A stretch of DNA of 63,714 nt, the filler included, from Octopus bimaculoides (taxonomy: Eukaryota): assembly GCF_001194135.2 (NCBI RefSeq). It is 4 parts of 4 records of this genome, joined end to end, with 100 filler letters (N's around TTAATTAATTAA, not from the genome) between each part and the next. Parts side by side here need not be neighbours in the genome. Positions count along the whole stretch, not along the records: positions 11,532 to 38,762 come from NC_068982.1; 3 more parts are not named here. One strand, 5' to 3'. Below, piece after piece: positions 11,901-25,182 of this stretch. The notes below the pieces were generated by a model. It had not been told where the DNA came from and searched no databases. It saw nothing but the letters and a program-made list of their open reading frames with translations. The position numbers were made by a program, and so were the translations under genes. Numbering within the stretch: position 1 is the stretch's first letter; every line of letters starts with the position of its first letter.

Positions 11901-12455
11901 AATGAACTACAAATTTTATTTTTATAGTCAAATCATATTCATTTGTTTCTGTTATTCTGTGTATACTGACGAATTGAATCTCTTGTTTCTTAATCGGAAT
12001 TATAATGTGCAAAAGTGGAAGTATATTAGTATTAGTATTAGGGCTGAGTTGCCTTCTAAATTCTGCATACATTTATTGATCTTTGACGAATCCATTGCAA
12101 CTATGAGATCGCTACCCTATGTTTTTGTTTTTATATGATATTTGTGCTTAGTTTTCCATTTTGTCTTCTGTTTAGCGAGATGTAATGTAGAATAAAGCAC
12201 AGTTATAGCCATCACTGTTTTAAGTTACTGTACCTTAACTTGCGAAAAATGCAGTTTATTTATCTAATTTTGGGACTGCCATGTTGGCTTGGCGATAACT
12301 ATTAATTTCCAGTACTGCTGCCGTAGTCTCCTTTAGAGAGACTTAGAAATATTAATGACTCTATTTCTGAAAACCAGTGGATAGATTCCACTGAAATTAG
12401 ATAAATAACCTTCGAACAGATAGTCAGCAGCGCCGCCTGGCTGGGGCTTGGCTGC

Positions 12456-12497
12456 TCTGCATTGACAAGGGGCAACACCCTGAAACTAGTCTGCAGA
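12456..12497 (+). ncRNA. Minimal type-I hammerhead ribozyme candidate (U3-A8 variant) within a long hairpin
   Basis: UCUGCA-UUGACAA-GGGG(CAACA)CCCU-GAAA-CUAG-UC-UGCAGA: perfect 6-bp stem I, palindromic ACUAGU stem III, GUC triplet. Confidence 0.7.
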
Positions 12498-12782
12498 TGC
12501 CAAACCAGCAGGGGGACACTGCTGACCTCCCCTGTTCGAAGGTTATAAAGGACACAGGTTTCGNNNNNNNNNNNNNNNNNNNNNNNNNNNNNNNNNNNNN
12601 NNNNNNNNNNNNNNNNNNNNNNNNNNNNNNNNNNNNNNNNNNNNNNNNNNNNNNNNNNNNNNNNNNNNNNNNNNNNNNNNNNNNNNNNNNNNNNNNNNNN
12701 NNNNNNNNNNNNNNNNNNNNNNNNNNNNNNNNNNNNNNNNNNNNNNNNNNNNNNNNNNNNNNNNNNNNNNNNNNNNNNNNNN

Positions 12783-12815
<33 letters not shown>

Positions 12816-15800
12816 ATATATATGTATATTCATATATATATATGTGTGTGTGTGTGTATTTATGTGTGCATATGTATGTGTTTGTGTATCCTCCGTCACA
12901 TGAGTATTTTCTTCACACTAGCGAGATAAACTGAAGACGTGAATATGTGTTTGTGAGTCGAATATACATCACAGGAAATATATATATTTCTTGAACACAT
13001 TCTTTTATAATCCATAGAAATTTGGTATCAAAATAATAGCGAAAATATTTCCACTTTCATTCAAATACGGCTTCAAACGTAACAATCCTTTATTATGTAA
13101 TCCACAGTGAATGTAATTGGCGTCCTTAAACAATGCGTATACGTTGACGAGACTGATATGTAAATATGGGATATTCTGACATATCTTAAATTTCATATGT
13201 ATGTTATTTTATCTAAGCCTTAGATTAAAACGCTGTAAATTCTCGACCCGTGGATTATATAATAAATAATCAGCATTGTTCTCAACAATTATTCTCAAAT
13301 TTCTTTCGTTTCTAATTTTGCGCATAATACAACACAAAAGAAACCGAAGCTTCTTCTACATATACTGCTATGATTCGTGGTACGTTCAGAATACAGCTGT
13401 GTCTTGAGAATTATGCATACCGCCAGCGAAAGTTTCGGTTGCATTGCCTGTTTCGTGTACAGATTTTACTAGAAGTGATATTTTTCACGACGAATTGACA
13501 TAATTCCTCCCTAATTTACCCACTTCAGACTGAGAATAACGATTTCACCAAAGTCTCATATTGTTTCTATTCTCATCAAGGTGAACTTGCCTGGTTAATT
13601 ATATGCATTCGTTAACGAAGCATCAAGTGAGTTGACGTAATGACTTCAGTTTATTTTATTTTGATGTCGAAGTAACGCAATGTAAATGAATGTTATTTTC
13701 TCGTTTAGTGATGTGTTGTCCGGTGTTTGATTTGTGTTGGTACAGTCACAGAAATGTTTATTAGGGTAAAATTTACTTTTGGTGTGTATTCTATCTGATA
13801 TGAAAATTTTTACTTGGACTTGAAGAATATTCGTGTACTTCAGAAAATTTTCCTAATTCTTATATATATTTGTGTCTTCAGTTGATGTATATGATTATGT
13901 CTTCACTTTCATTATTTTATTGAAATGTACTACGAAAGTAATTTAAAAGTGGTAGTTACTCAGTTTAACATCGCTACCCCCGCTTCGGAAAAATATGGTC
14001 ACACGTCTTTTGCTCTAAACAAACCAATAGAATGAGTTTAAATAGATAATCTAAACGAACGTCGATTTTGCAGGTGCACCTTTTTACATCTTAGCTCTAC
14101 TTGACCGCATTACAACTTAGTAACATAACATTGGCGGTGAAACGAGTCGAAATTCGAGCCTTTTGCTGTTCTTCAATGCCCTTTCAAGTGCACAGGCTCT
14201 GGATTTTATAGTTTTGGGACGTTATCGTTGTATGTTACTAATTTGCAATCATGGTTTTGGTGTAACAAACTTCCTTAAGATATTTTGCTTTAGTATTCTT
14301 TTTCTTTAATTTATTGCTTGTTATATGCTATACTTTTTGTTAATAATCAGAGAATAAATGTGATATGTATTGCAAATCTAGTTCTGATGGTTCTATTCAA
14401 GACGTTTAGCGTTTAGAAAATATTATATAATACGAAACACAAGGAAATTCAGTAGCGTTTTTGATACACTCTAGAAATCGATTTTAAACATAATCTCATT
14501 CCATTTTCCTTTCATTTCTGTCTTTGTCCGAGTAACTCAATATCTGCTAACAAAAACTAACTGCACCAGCAGCTTACGAAAAATAACTGCAATACATACT
14601 AAAAGGAAGTCAACTTTGAAAGGAACGATTATTTTGAAATGCTCAGACCCAAACTGATGATTAGAGATTGACACGTAATTCAATAATAGAAACAGACGTT
14701 AGTTTAATTCACATACGTATTAAACTACAAACCAATAAATATAAGTAGCATATTATTATACTTATTTTTTTATCATATTACATTCCCAGCTGTCCAATAT
14801 AATAGTTTATTAGGCTTATATAAGCATTAGTTATTTGCCAACCGACTTCCCTCTTTGCGTGTATTTCCTTAGGAAATTAACTTGCCACTTTTCTCTATTG
14901 CTTACTGATGTTATTGAATAGTAAAGCATCTGAATTCTTTTGTTTGTTACTTTCGCTCAACTCCCAAATGAAAACTGTTCCGAAGAACAGAGATATAGTT
15001 AGCTTGGTATTGCAAGCGTGTTTACGTACTATGAAGGCGTGACATTTCGAGAAAATTTGTACATAATGTGAAGTTGACTGGCTGCACCTAAGGGAGATAT
15101 TATTTAAACTCGAAACGAAATCGAGACTATGACCTACAGTGTGATAAATGATTGTCGATCATTATCGACCTCATTATCACCATGATCAATGTGAACATCC
15201 ACATATTTCCCACTCCATCCCTCTGCGCTCTTTAGATATTTTTCCACAACCTCATCAGTAACAATTCACATTGCCATAATTGCCAGTGACTTCACCATCA
15301 TTATAATTTTCAGCAGCAGCCAGTAGTAGCTGCAACAGCATCATCAACATCGCCATGATCTTAGTGACAGTCATTATCAGAAGCCGCATTATAGTTAACA
15401 CTTGATCATTGCTGACTATCACAATGATACTTCATTGATCAGGCATCATCTTAAATATCTAAATGAAATACATGATACTGCTCACACTGGGAACTATATT
15501 AAAGTAATTCAACGCCAATATATCGGGTGTCTTATACATATTAATTGCTGCAGTTGATAATCCATAACCTAGGCAGATCAATCAATTACAAATTGGTGGG
15601 ATTTTCTTGTATGTGATGAACGTTAGCACAATAAAAGTATTAGAAGCAAAGGTGGTAATGGAATTTTCTTTAAGTTCTTTTAATTATTTTCCTTTTCCGA
15701 GGTTATATCATTCGTTGACAATTGAAAAAAATTAGCGAGAACTTTACAACTTAAAATTTACTTCAGCCTCCGTTTCTGTTTTCGTGATAAATTACTGCTG

Positions 15801-17430
15801 CCAAAGTGAGGGACACTAATGTAATTTATAATCTCTCCGAAATTCCATGCTGATTATCTGCATCAGGCAATAACGCACCAAAGTATTTTGTGCTGGGAAC
15901 ATGTCTTAACGTTTCAACACTCCATCATTTTCACAGATTTCAAAAAGTCAAATTAAACGCTCCGCTATGGAACGGAATCGAAGTAGATGCCTCTAGTCTT
16001 TAATGCCTAACAGGCAAAACGAACATGAATATATGCACATATGCATATATGTGTGTGTGTGTGTGTGTGTGCGCGCACGTGTGAATGTGTACGTTCGTGT
16101 GTTTGTGCGTGTGTGTGTTACTGAGAGATTGTGTATAATAGTGTGAGTGTGTTTGTGTTAATGTGGGTGTGTCTGTCTGCATGTATGAGTGTGCATCATG
16201 TGAATACAAGCAACTAGCCTTGCCAAGAATATTGTTTTCGCTGAAAGGAGACGCAGGAAGCTCTGTGTTGAATAATATGAAGCTAGCTATCTATTTGGTA
16301 GCTAGGTACAAATGTCTTTCTCTCTCTCCCAGAATGCGATTTCATACGCATTTACGCATATATAGCAGAAAGTAGCAGTGACAGAACAATAAATATATAA
16401 AAATAAATACATAAAAATCACGGTAGATATCATTATGAATGCAAGAAAAAAGATCGACAATGTTTCAAAAACTGATTCTGGTAGAGGAATATTTGATATA
16501 GATGGCATTCTTATTTTCATTTGACCAAACCATCTATAATTTGGTCTCAGTTACACTGATTGGTAAATACTGAAAAGGATTTGAAATGCCGGTGTGTACC
16601 TAATTCCAAGCCGAATTGTGTTGAGCAAGATTCTCCTATGAAATTGGGTCGGCATTAAAGCTGTTCACGCTTGATTTCAGTGTATCTCTAAATTCTTTAT
16701 GCAATGAACCAACACTGCACGCTGCTTTGGAAATAGAAACCATACACCTGATTGTATTAGTATGATTTTTCATAAATAATTGGAGTTTAATTGAATATTG
16801 TGAACCATAAATCTACGGCTTATGTAATTGAGAATAGATTAAATTAAGCAACGACAGGAATTAAAATGCTAAAGTCAATACCGGTTAGTTTGGCTTGTTT
16901 TCACTTCTTACCTTTATCCTTCCAGACAAAAAAAAAAAAATACATAATCTAATCGTTTTCCTTTCAAATTCTCCAGACATCGAAAATCATCTGTCTTGGT
17001 GTGTAGCCAGGACATAAAAATTATACTAGATATTTTCCCTGAGTCCTTCCTCTTTCCCAGTATGATTGTATGTTCTCATCTGCTCCAGTTGTATTAAAAA
17101 AAGCATCACTTCAAACAAAGTGTGTGTAATGTTATTCAATTGTATTCATATGACATCCATATATCATTATTTAAGGTGTAGTTAACAGCATAGATTTCAC
17201 TATTTGTGACATAATGCATCCTGTGCCCCACCGAAAAAAAAAACTGACTAAAATAATATAATACCTTTTAAAATTTCATGTAACGTCTCATAATTCTTGC
17301 GCATGTATGTGTGATTGTATGAATAATTATGTGCACATATACATCTATGTACAGTTGTAGATATAATATGCGTGCATACGACACATACACACAGACTCAC
17401 ACGCACGGCACCACACAAACAAACAGATAT

Positions 17431-17491
<61 letters not shown>

Positions 17492-17567
17492 CAGACAGGC
17501 AAGCAGACAGGCAGACAGAGAGACAGAGAGACAGACAAATAGTAGATATGTATGCCATTGTTCAATT

Positions 17568-17940
17568 TTATTTCAAGATTTCTTGCCAATAGAGAAATAG
17601 TCGGTTTCGATCTTAGATGCAAAGCTTCTTCATTAGCATTTCAGCATCAACAACAGGGTATTTTTTGCTTGCACGTATGTTTACTCATATGTATGTTTGT
17701 ATGTATGTATGTATGTATGTTTGTATGTATGTCATTATCAACTTATTTCAAGATGTGTTGCCAATAGAGGGAAAACACAGATGCAAGGCTCCTTCATTGG
17801 AATTCCAGCATCAACAACAGAGTATATTTGTATGTATGCATGTATGTATGTATGTATGCATGCATGGATGCATTCATGTATGTATGTATGTATGCATGCA
17901 TGCATGCATTCATGTATGTATGTATGTATGTATGTATGCG
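17568..17940. repeat. Two ~175-bp tandem units, each ending in (TATG)n
   Basis: ttatttcaagat..ttgccaatagag..agatgcaa.gct.cttcatt...cagcatcaacaacag starts at 17568 and again at 17743. Confidence 0.8.
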
Positions 17941-18845
17941 CAGTTTTGTATGCTTTATGATTGTATTCTCATGCACATAGTCGCATATCTAGACATGCTC
18001 ATATATGTTTCAATGATAAACTTTTGGAAAGCTTTAAAGATTCTTACAGATCTGGTGATGGATTCGACTTGTAGTCTTCGAATTAGCTTTCTTCCCTTTG
18101 GTTTTCAGAAGCCTAATTTCTCAAGGTTGGTATTTAGACAGAGTGTTACATATCCCACGTCCCCAATAATTACAGGTATAAACCTGAACTTGTAAACTGG
18201 GTAGAGTAACTGCAGATTTCCGAATAGTTCAGCATAGGTGTCGTTTTTTTCATTGATCTTAAGCCTTATGTTAACATCCGCTGGGCAGCTAATTTCCACA
18301 ACTGTGCACAGTTTCTCTTCTCTATCTGAAATCATTATATGAGGTCTGTTGCGCTTACATTTTACTGAGGTCTTCAATGGTACATTACACCAGTATTCCT
18401 TTTTATTATGAGTGGCTATGGCTTCTACCATATTATGGGTTCTTATTTATTTGTCCTTGGGATTATCCTTCCGACGTATTTTATTATACAGTGTTCTAGC
18501 TATAACATAATGTGTCATCGGTAGATAATACAGTGATGAAATTTTCAGACAACTGCTTATGATGTGAATGATATCTCCAGTGTCAACTCCACAAAGTCTG
18601 CATCGGTTATCACATTTTACTGCTTTTCCTGCATCTCTATCCCTTTTGTGCACCAGGTACTTGGTTGATATTTTCTGTTCCTGAATTGCAAATGCATACC
18701 CTTCAAAGTGGGAGGTAGTAATCCGGCGATTAGCCCGTGATAAAATTGATTTGATAACCGACGTTACTCTCATCACGGAGCTTTCTACTAACACACCCAT
18801 GCGTAGTCTTCTGTTCATGTAGTCTCATCCTTTTATCAGATGATA
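17940..18845 (-). mobile_element. R4/Dong-like non-LTR retrotransposon 3' fragment (zinc knuckle + restriction-like endonuclease), degenerate
   Basis: CRLCG....IIHIISSC zinc knuckle, then NRP(H)I...EISCPAD.N...EK...Y..L and IPVIIG.(L)G RLE motifs; frameshifted; flanked by (TATG)n. Confidence 0.85.
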
Positions 18846-21800
18846 TGTTGCGGCAGAGTCATGCGACTCCTCTGAGCATGTGTGTATGTATGCACGCATG
18901 CATGAATGCGTGTATGTATCTCCGTATTCATGTATGCGTGTATGTATGTGTGTATGTATGTACGTACATTCATACAAAATCACATACATACATACAGAAA
19001 TTCCAAAAGATTTTGGATATCAGAAACACATATATATAAACAGTAATTATCGACTTTCGCAAATATATTTCATTCTTTCATTTGAAAATGAGACTATATT
19101 CGGGCGATTTTTCTAGTGCTTCCATATTATAAGTTCACATTCTCTTTAGCCAAGCTTCTTTTATTCTCAGTAATGAAGAGCATACACAAATGTGTGCATG
19201 TCATTTCAAAATAATTGAATTTCGTTGTGCATTTTATGCTAAAACTTGATTCGAAAATCTAATCATAATACGCTATTCTGTCGTGTTTGATTCTTCTTGT
19301 TTTCACAATGTGGCGCTCTCTCCCTCTCTTGCCCGTTGAGTAACCTCTTTGATCACTCTTTACACAGGTTGCATCCCATAGCGTATTTCTAATCGCAGTT
19401 CACATAACACACCGTGTAATCATTCGTTGTTATAACTAATCCCCTATATTACACAACGCGTATTTATTCACTATTAGGACAAACTCTTTGAAGCTATTAT
19501 CCACTGATTTTAATAATAAGCTAATCGTACAAATTTCTCATTTTTATGTTATAAAAAATAATTATAATTAAAACGTATGCCTTCTATTATTTGTTTAAAA
19601 AAATTAAAAGATGAATAAAAAAAAATAGAAAAAGTATCCTAACATGCTGTAACCAGTAAATGCTTTGCATGAATTTTTAAGAGAATATAAAAAGGGCCAT
19701 GGCTTAATAAAAATCCATTTACGACATCAAACGACCATAATTTCATGTCAACATTTTATTTTTCAAACCCCGTCACCGAAGCTGAAATTGTTGTAAATGT
19801 CCTCACGCATCCGAAGAATTAAAATATCGACTGAAATTTAAAATCGAGAAGTGAATATGCCATTTGAGTAAACGGTGTCTGCTACAAAGTATGTTTACCG
19901 TTAGTTGGAGTCTAATATATACTAGTATGTTACCTACCGCTGAAACCAATATTATTTAGCTTGTTTTATAGAAATTTAAGTTTATTGTGTAAGTCAATAG
20001 TATATATTGATTCATGATAAACTAAAGGCACTATGAAGTGACAAATTACCAATTTATAGTGGCTTGAAAATTTTACCACTGCAAATATAAAGATTTCACA
20101 TTTTTCAAGGGGATCCAAGCTGTAAGTCTATAATTACATAAGGCTACACAAGTACATGCCAGTTGCTGAAACTGTTGGTTCTTTGAAAGATACATAATCA
20201 TCATACAATAAAATATGTACCAATATGTTTAATTAGAACGGTGAATGTTCATAGTCTGGGTGGGGGAACACCCAATTTTATTTCTTTTTTTGTTTTTGAG
20301 CGGGAAATACCAGGATTACGATACCGAGAGCTAAGGGGATCGAGGTCAGAGAAAATGAATGGATAAAAAAGAAGAGATGAAACATTAAAAAATTAAGATA
20401 TCGAGATACGTAAAAGGAGAGTTAATCATAAGTGAAATAAGCGTGAATGAATGAGTGATACTAACAGACCAATAAACAGTATGATCATTGTGTTTAAAAG
20501 ACGAAAATTAAAATAAAAGTAAATAACGGGCAACAAAAGAATGATCAAACAATATATGGCATAACATCTTTTCTTTGTAGATTAAAATACCAAGTGTTCA
20601 AAGCTGAACCTTAAAGAGAAAACGTTTAGAAATAAGTAAATGATATATAAAAAACATATTTAGAGTGTAAAATAAATTCTTGTTATAGACATAACTAAAT
20701 TATTACAAAGAAGCGGGGAACTCGAATAATGAGAATATACAAAGTTTAGAGATTAAGTGAAATGGCGAAGGTTACTAAGAGATTACAAATGGAGTGAAAA
20801 AAGAAATGCATTAAAATGGAAGTGGCCTAACAGCCACTGCAATGTGCAGGGAAGGGAAAGAAAGGTGGGTGTCAGTGATGAAAGGAAAGAATGTAGGTCA
20901 GCAAATTCTCCGAGTTTGAGTTTAAAAAGAAAAAAAAACGATAGAAAATTTAAGCATGGTGGGAAGAGTGGAAGCTAATATGTATCATTTGATTATCTCG
21001 GATTATTGAAGCTTGTGAGAGATGATAGAATTATATATCGCTGCTGGTTATAATTTAAATTCTATATTACAACTCCTCTGAGGAATTATTATTTCATTAC
21101 TTTACATTTTTTAAGTTATTGGTTCATTGTTTAAATATATTCCAATATTGATTTATTATATATTGCATTTTTTTTTTATTTCGGGGTGATGTCTTTTAAA
21201 TTTTCCAAACTATATAATCAGCTTCTGTGTGTTGCATTCGTGTGTGAGAAAGTGATAAATGGAGAGATAGAGACAGATAGAGAGAAATCGATGAGGCTTT
21301 TCTTCCAAATCGCTACACATTTTTATTTATAATATTCAAAATCAGAGAAACATTATAATAATTATTTCTTTTTTTCCAGAATATAAATTCATATTCATTA
21401 AAAAGAAAACATCAATTCACAAACAACATTTGTTTTCCCTTTCTCCAGGATGCATTTTTCTATACTTGTATTTTATTTAAAGTATATCTCACAAAGATTA
21501 CTGAATACAGAAAATACTGTAAAACCACTATGGGGAATTATTTTGCCAGATAAATAGTTATCGTAAATTTTCAGTCGCATTATTTCATATTATTAATGAT
21601 TGTTTACGAAGAATTCTTGTTTTAGAATCCCCATACTAATTTATTATATAGCATTCCCACATAACAGACGACCTATTTCAATTGTATAGTTCCTTGTATA
21701 CATAAAACGCACTTTTAGCTATGATAAATGCAATGAAAGAATATGTATTTTTTTTACTATTTTCCTTAACACTAACTCTATTAATATTTTGAGGACTCAA

Positions 21801-22839
21801 AGTATTCCGTATTGTTAGCCTGTGTTTCTGTTTTTTTTTTGCATTAAATATGGCGATTTTTTTTCTTTTATGAAGTGCGATAGCTTCACAAGTTTTCTTT
21901 TCTTCTTTGTATCTCTTTTATTGTCAAAAAAATACAAAGATTATTATTCTATACATCTATACCGCATTCTGTTTCTTCGGTTTATTGTGTAGAGAAAATG
22001 ATATTGGCTTCTATGTATTGCGTTGTTTGAAAACGAATAAAACTAGTGACCCGCGTCAAGGAAAAAAAAAAACACGCCAAAACAAAATCTATAATTTGTG
22101 GGGGTTTTTCCCCCTCGTCATTTATGCAATTTTCACTCAAGAGATGCATCAATAATAAAATCTATTTTGTATAAATAATTTCTGTTATATTAAGAAAATA
22201 AAAGCATATATGAATGCTTCTGTGAATATGATCTTCATGCATTTTATGCATGTATTTATAAACAGAATCAATTAATTTCTCTTGTATTCTTATATTGTAT
22301 TTCTACAGCTTTATATTAGATTTAGCCTGTGAGCTACGATTTTATCAAGCTTTCACTGAAACCGAATATATATTGAAGGTTAACCTATTTAATTTTCCAT
22401 TCTTCTGTTAAAAAGTATGGTGCGTGACGATTTCAATTTTATTGTTACTTAGATCCAGTTGATTTATTATCGACTAGGTCTATGATAAAATTCGTTTCAA
22501 ATATGACTGTAACATATTTTATTAAGGAATAATGTATTTGAGACGCAGGACGCAGATTGAAAAGCGACTTATCCGATAGCAGTATAATCTTATGATGCAA
22601 AAATCATGATGTGGTGTTTATATATGTCCAGTCGGCTATGTCGATGAAGTTAAAGTAATTTAGAATCGTATATATTGAAGGTATTGTTAGCTTTTCTATA
22701 CCAGTGAGAATACAACACTACCTCCACACGAGAATATACATAATCCACCAATTTGTAGTATTTATCAATAGAAATAATAAACTAGTCGCCAACTAAAATC
22801 ACTGAAGCCGACTATTAAGATATATCACCACTTTAAGAT

Positions 22840-23220
22840 TGCATGCTCGATACTCAAGAACACGGTACTTGACTCCAACTGCATGCATAGACTACAAACC
22901 CATCCATGCTGACATTCCAGCCCAGCACAAACAAGATTTAATTCAGCAACACTATATCTGAGTCGCCGATATAGTGTTAGTCCTGCGCTATCACGCGGCA
23001 ACACCACGTTCTGTAACTAACCGATGTCACTAAATAAGGAATATTGTAGCTGCCTGACAAAGCGTCATCTTTCTATAAACATCATGACAGACCACATTGG
23101 CCTTAGAACAAAGATAAGAACTGACATAGTTTCCAAACCAACAACACATGATCTGGGTTGTCCAACAGAGGACTAACATCTGGAAACTGGCTTGAATTTG
23201 TCTCATTTGCTTTTACTTTA
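22840..23220 (+). mobile_element. Possible highly decayed LINE (RTE-like) endonuclease remnant
   Basis: Weak motif echoes (IPAQH, DKASSFYKH, DHIGLRTK, HDLG) in broken frames. Confidence 0.25.
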
Positions 23221-23782
23221 TATCCAGATATTTGACGAACTAGATTTGTACCTGGTTCCTTCATTTTTCTTGATTATTTTATAGACTTATCGTCAAGAGA
23301 ATTCCTCTGTCATGGAAAATACCCAGTACCATTCCGTAATAAGCGAATAATTTTTAGTATGCAATAGTGTAGGGAAAACATCTTATCTCCCTTACAAGAA
23401 AGGCTTATCTAATCTAGCATTTTAAAATAACGCGATGGTAGTTACCAACATATCACAGAAAAATGAAAAATAACATACAATATCCGTAGAGAACAACTCT
23501 TTAATATCAAGAGAGTTGCCTAAATAATAAGTATTGTACTAAAGCCCAACTCATACATACAGAAAAATTCAATACCACCCTTCGAAATACAATTATGAAA
23601 AATCTTTCAATCCATTCCACAATCCACTTTACGGTACTTGTCTATAAAACATTGATAATAACTTCAGATTCTAATGAGAACTCATACACATATTTCATGA
23701 AAGATGCACGCAACACAACTCCTTCAGAAATTGTTATAGAATCAACTTCTCGTCTCTTATTCAATACATATGGAAACGAAAG

Positions 23783-24208
23783 CTGTGATCTGGCAGAAAC
23801 GTTAGTACGCCGGGCGAAATGCTTAGCGGTATTTACTCTGCCGTTACGTTCTGAGTTCAAGTTCCGCCGAGGTCGACTTTCCCTATCATCCTTTCGGAAT
23901 CGATTAAATAAGTATCAGTTACGCACTGGGGTCGTTATAATCGACTTAATCCGTTTATCTGTCCTTGATTGTCCCCTCTGTGTGTAGCCCTTTGTGGGCG
24001 TAAAGAAATAAGAAATGTTAGCGCGCCGGGTGTAATGCTTAGTAGTATTTCGTCTGTCATTGCGTTCTGAGTTCAAGTTCCGTCGAGATCGACTTTGCTT
24101 TTCATCCTTTCGGGGTCGATAAATTAAGTACCAGTTGCGTACTGGAATCGATCTAATCAACTGGCCCCCTCCCCAAAAATTTCGGGCCTTGTGCCTAGAG
24201 TAGAAAAG
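23783..24208 (+). mobile_element. Head-to-tail dimer of tRNA-derived SINE family A, enclosed by a 20-bp TSD
   Basis: Two copies of ...gttagcacgccgggcgaaatgcttagcggtatt...gagttcaagttccgccgaggtcgactttgc...; aatacat(a/g)tggaaacgaaag at 23763-23782 and 24209-24228. Confidence 0.85.
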
Positions 24209-24912
24209 AATACATGTGGAAACGAAAGAATAGGAAAACGGAAAACTTTAGTGCATAAAGGAAGCTATATCCTAATATTTAGAAGTTTCAAACCGATATA
24301 ACAAAATAAATGAAAGCATATAATCTGCTATAATCGTTAATTGTGTTATTTGTGTTTTTTCGTAATTTGTTCCGATGGAAGCCATTCCTGAGGAAGTGCC
24401 AAACATCAGACATCCAACGGATCAGTCGCTGGATAGAGTTGGGCACAGAAATGTCGACATCGAATGATANNNNNNNNNNNNNNNNNNNNNNNNNNNNNNN
24501 NNNNNNNNNNNNNNNNNNNNNNNNNNNNNNNNNNNNNNNNNNNNNNNNNNNNNNNNNNNNNNNNNNNNNNNNNNNNNNNNNNNNNNNNNNNNNNNNNNNN
24601 NNNNNNNNNNNNNNNNNNNNNNNNNNNNNNNNNNNNNNNNNNNNNNNNNNNNNNNNNNNNNNNNNNNNNNNNNNNNNNNNNNNNNNNNNNNNNNNNNNNN
24701 NNNNNNNNNNNNNNNNNNNNNNNNNNNNNNNNNNNNNNNNNNNNNNNNNNNNNNNNNNNNNNNNNNNNNNNNNNNNNNNNNNNNNNNNNNNNNNNNNNNN
24801 NNNNNNNNNNNNNNNNNNNNNNNNNNNNNNNNNNNNNNNNNNNNNNNNNNNNNNNNNNNNNNNNNNNNNNNNNNNNNNNNNNNNNNATATATATATATAT
24901 ATATATATACGA

Positions 24913-25070
24913 AGAGATTCTTGCAGTTTCCGTCTACCAAATCCATTCACAAGGCTTTGGTCGGCCTGAGGCTATAGTAGGAGACACTTTCCCAAGATGC
25001 CACACAGTAGGACTGAACCTGGAACCATATGGTTGGTTAGCAAGCTACTTACCACACAGCCACTCCTACG
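24913..25070 (-). mobile_element. tRNA-derived SINE head (family B)
   Basis: Reverse complement matches 59020-59180 and 45870-46020. Confidence 0.85.
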
Positions 25071-25105
25071 CATATAATGTACATATATATATTATTACTA
25101 TTATA

Positions 25106-25182
<77 letters not shown>

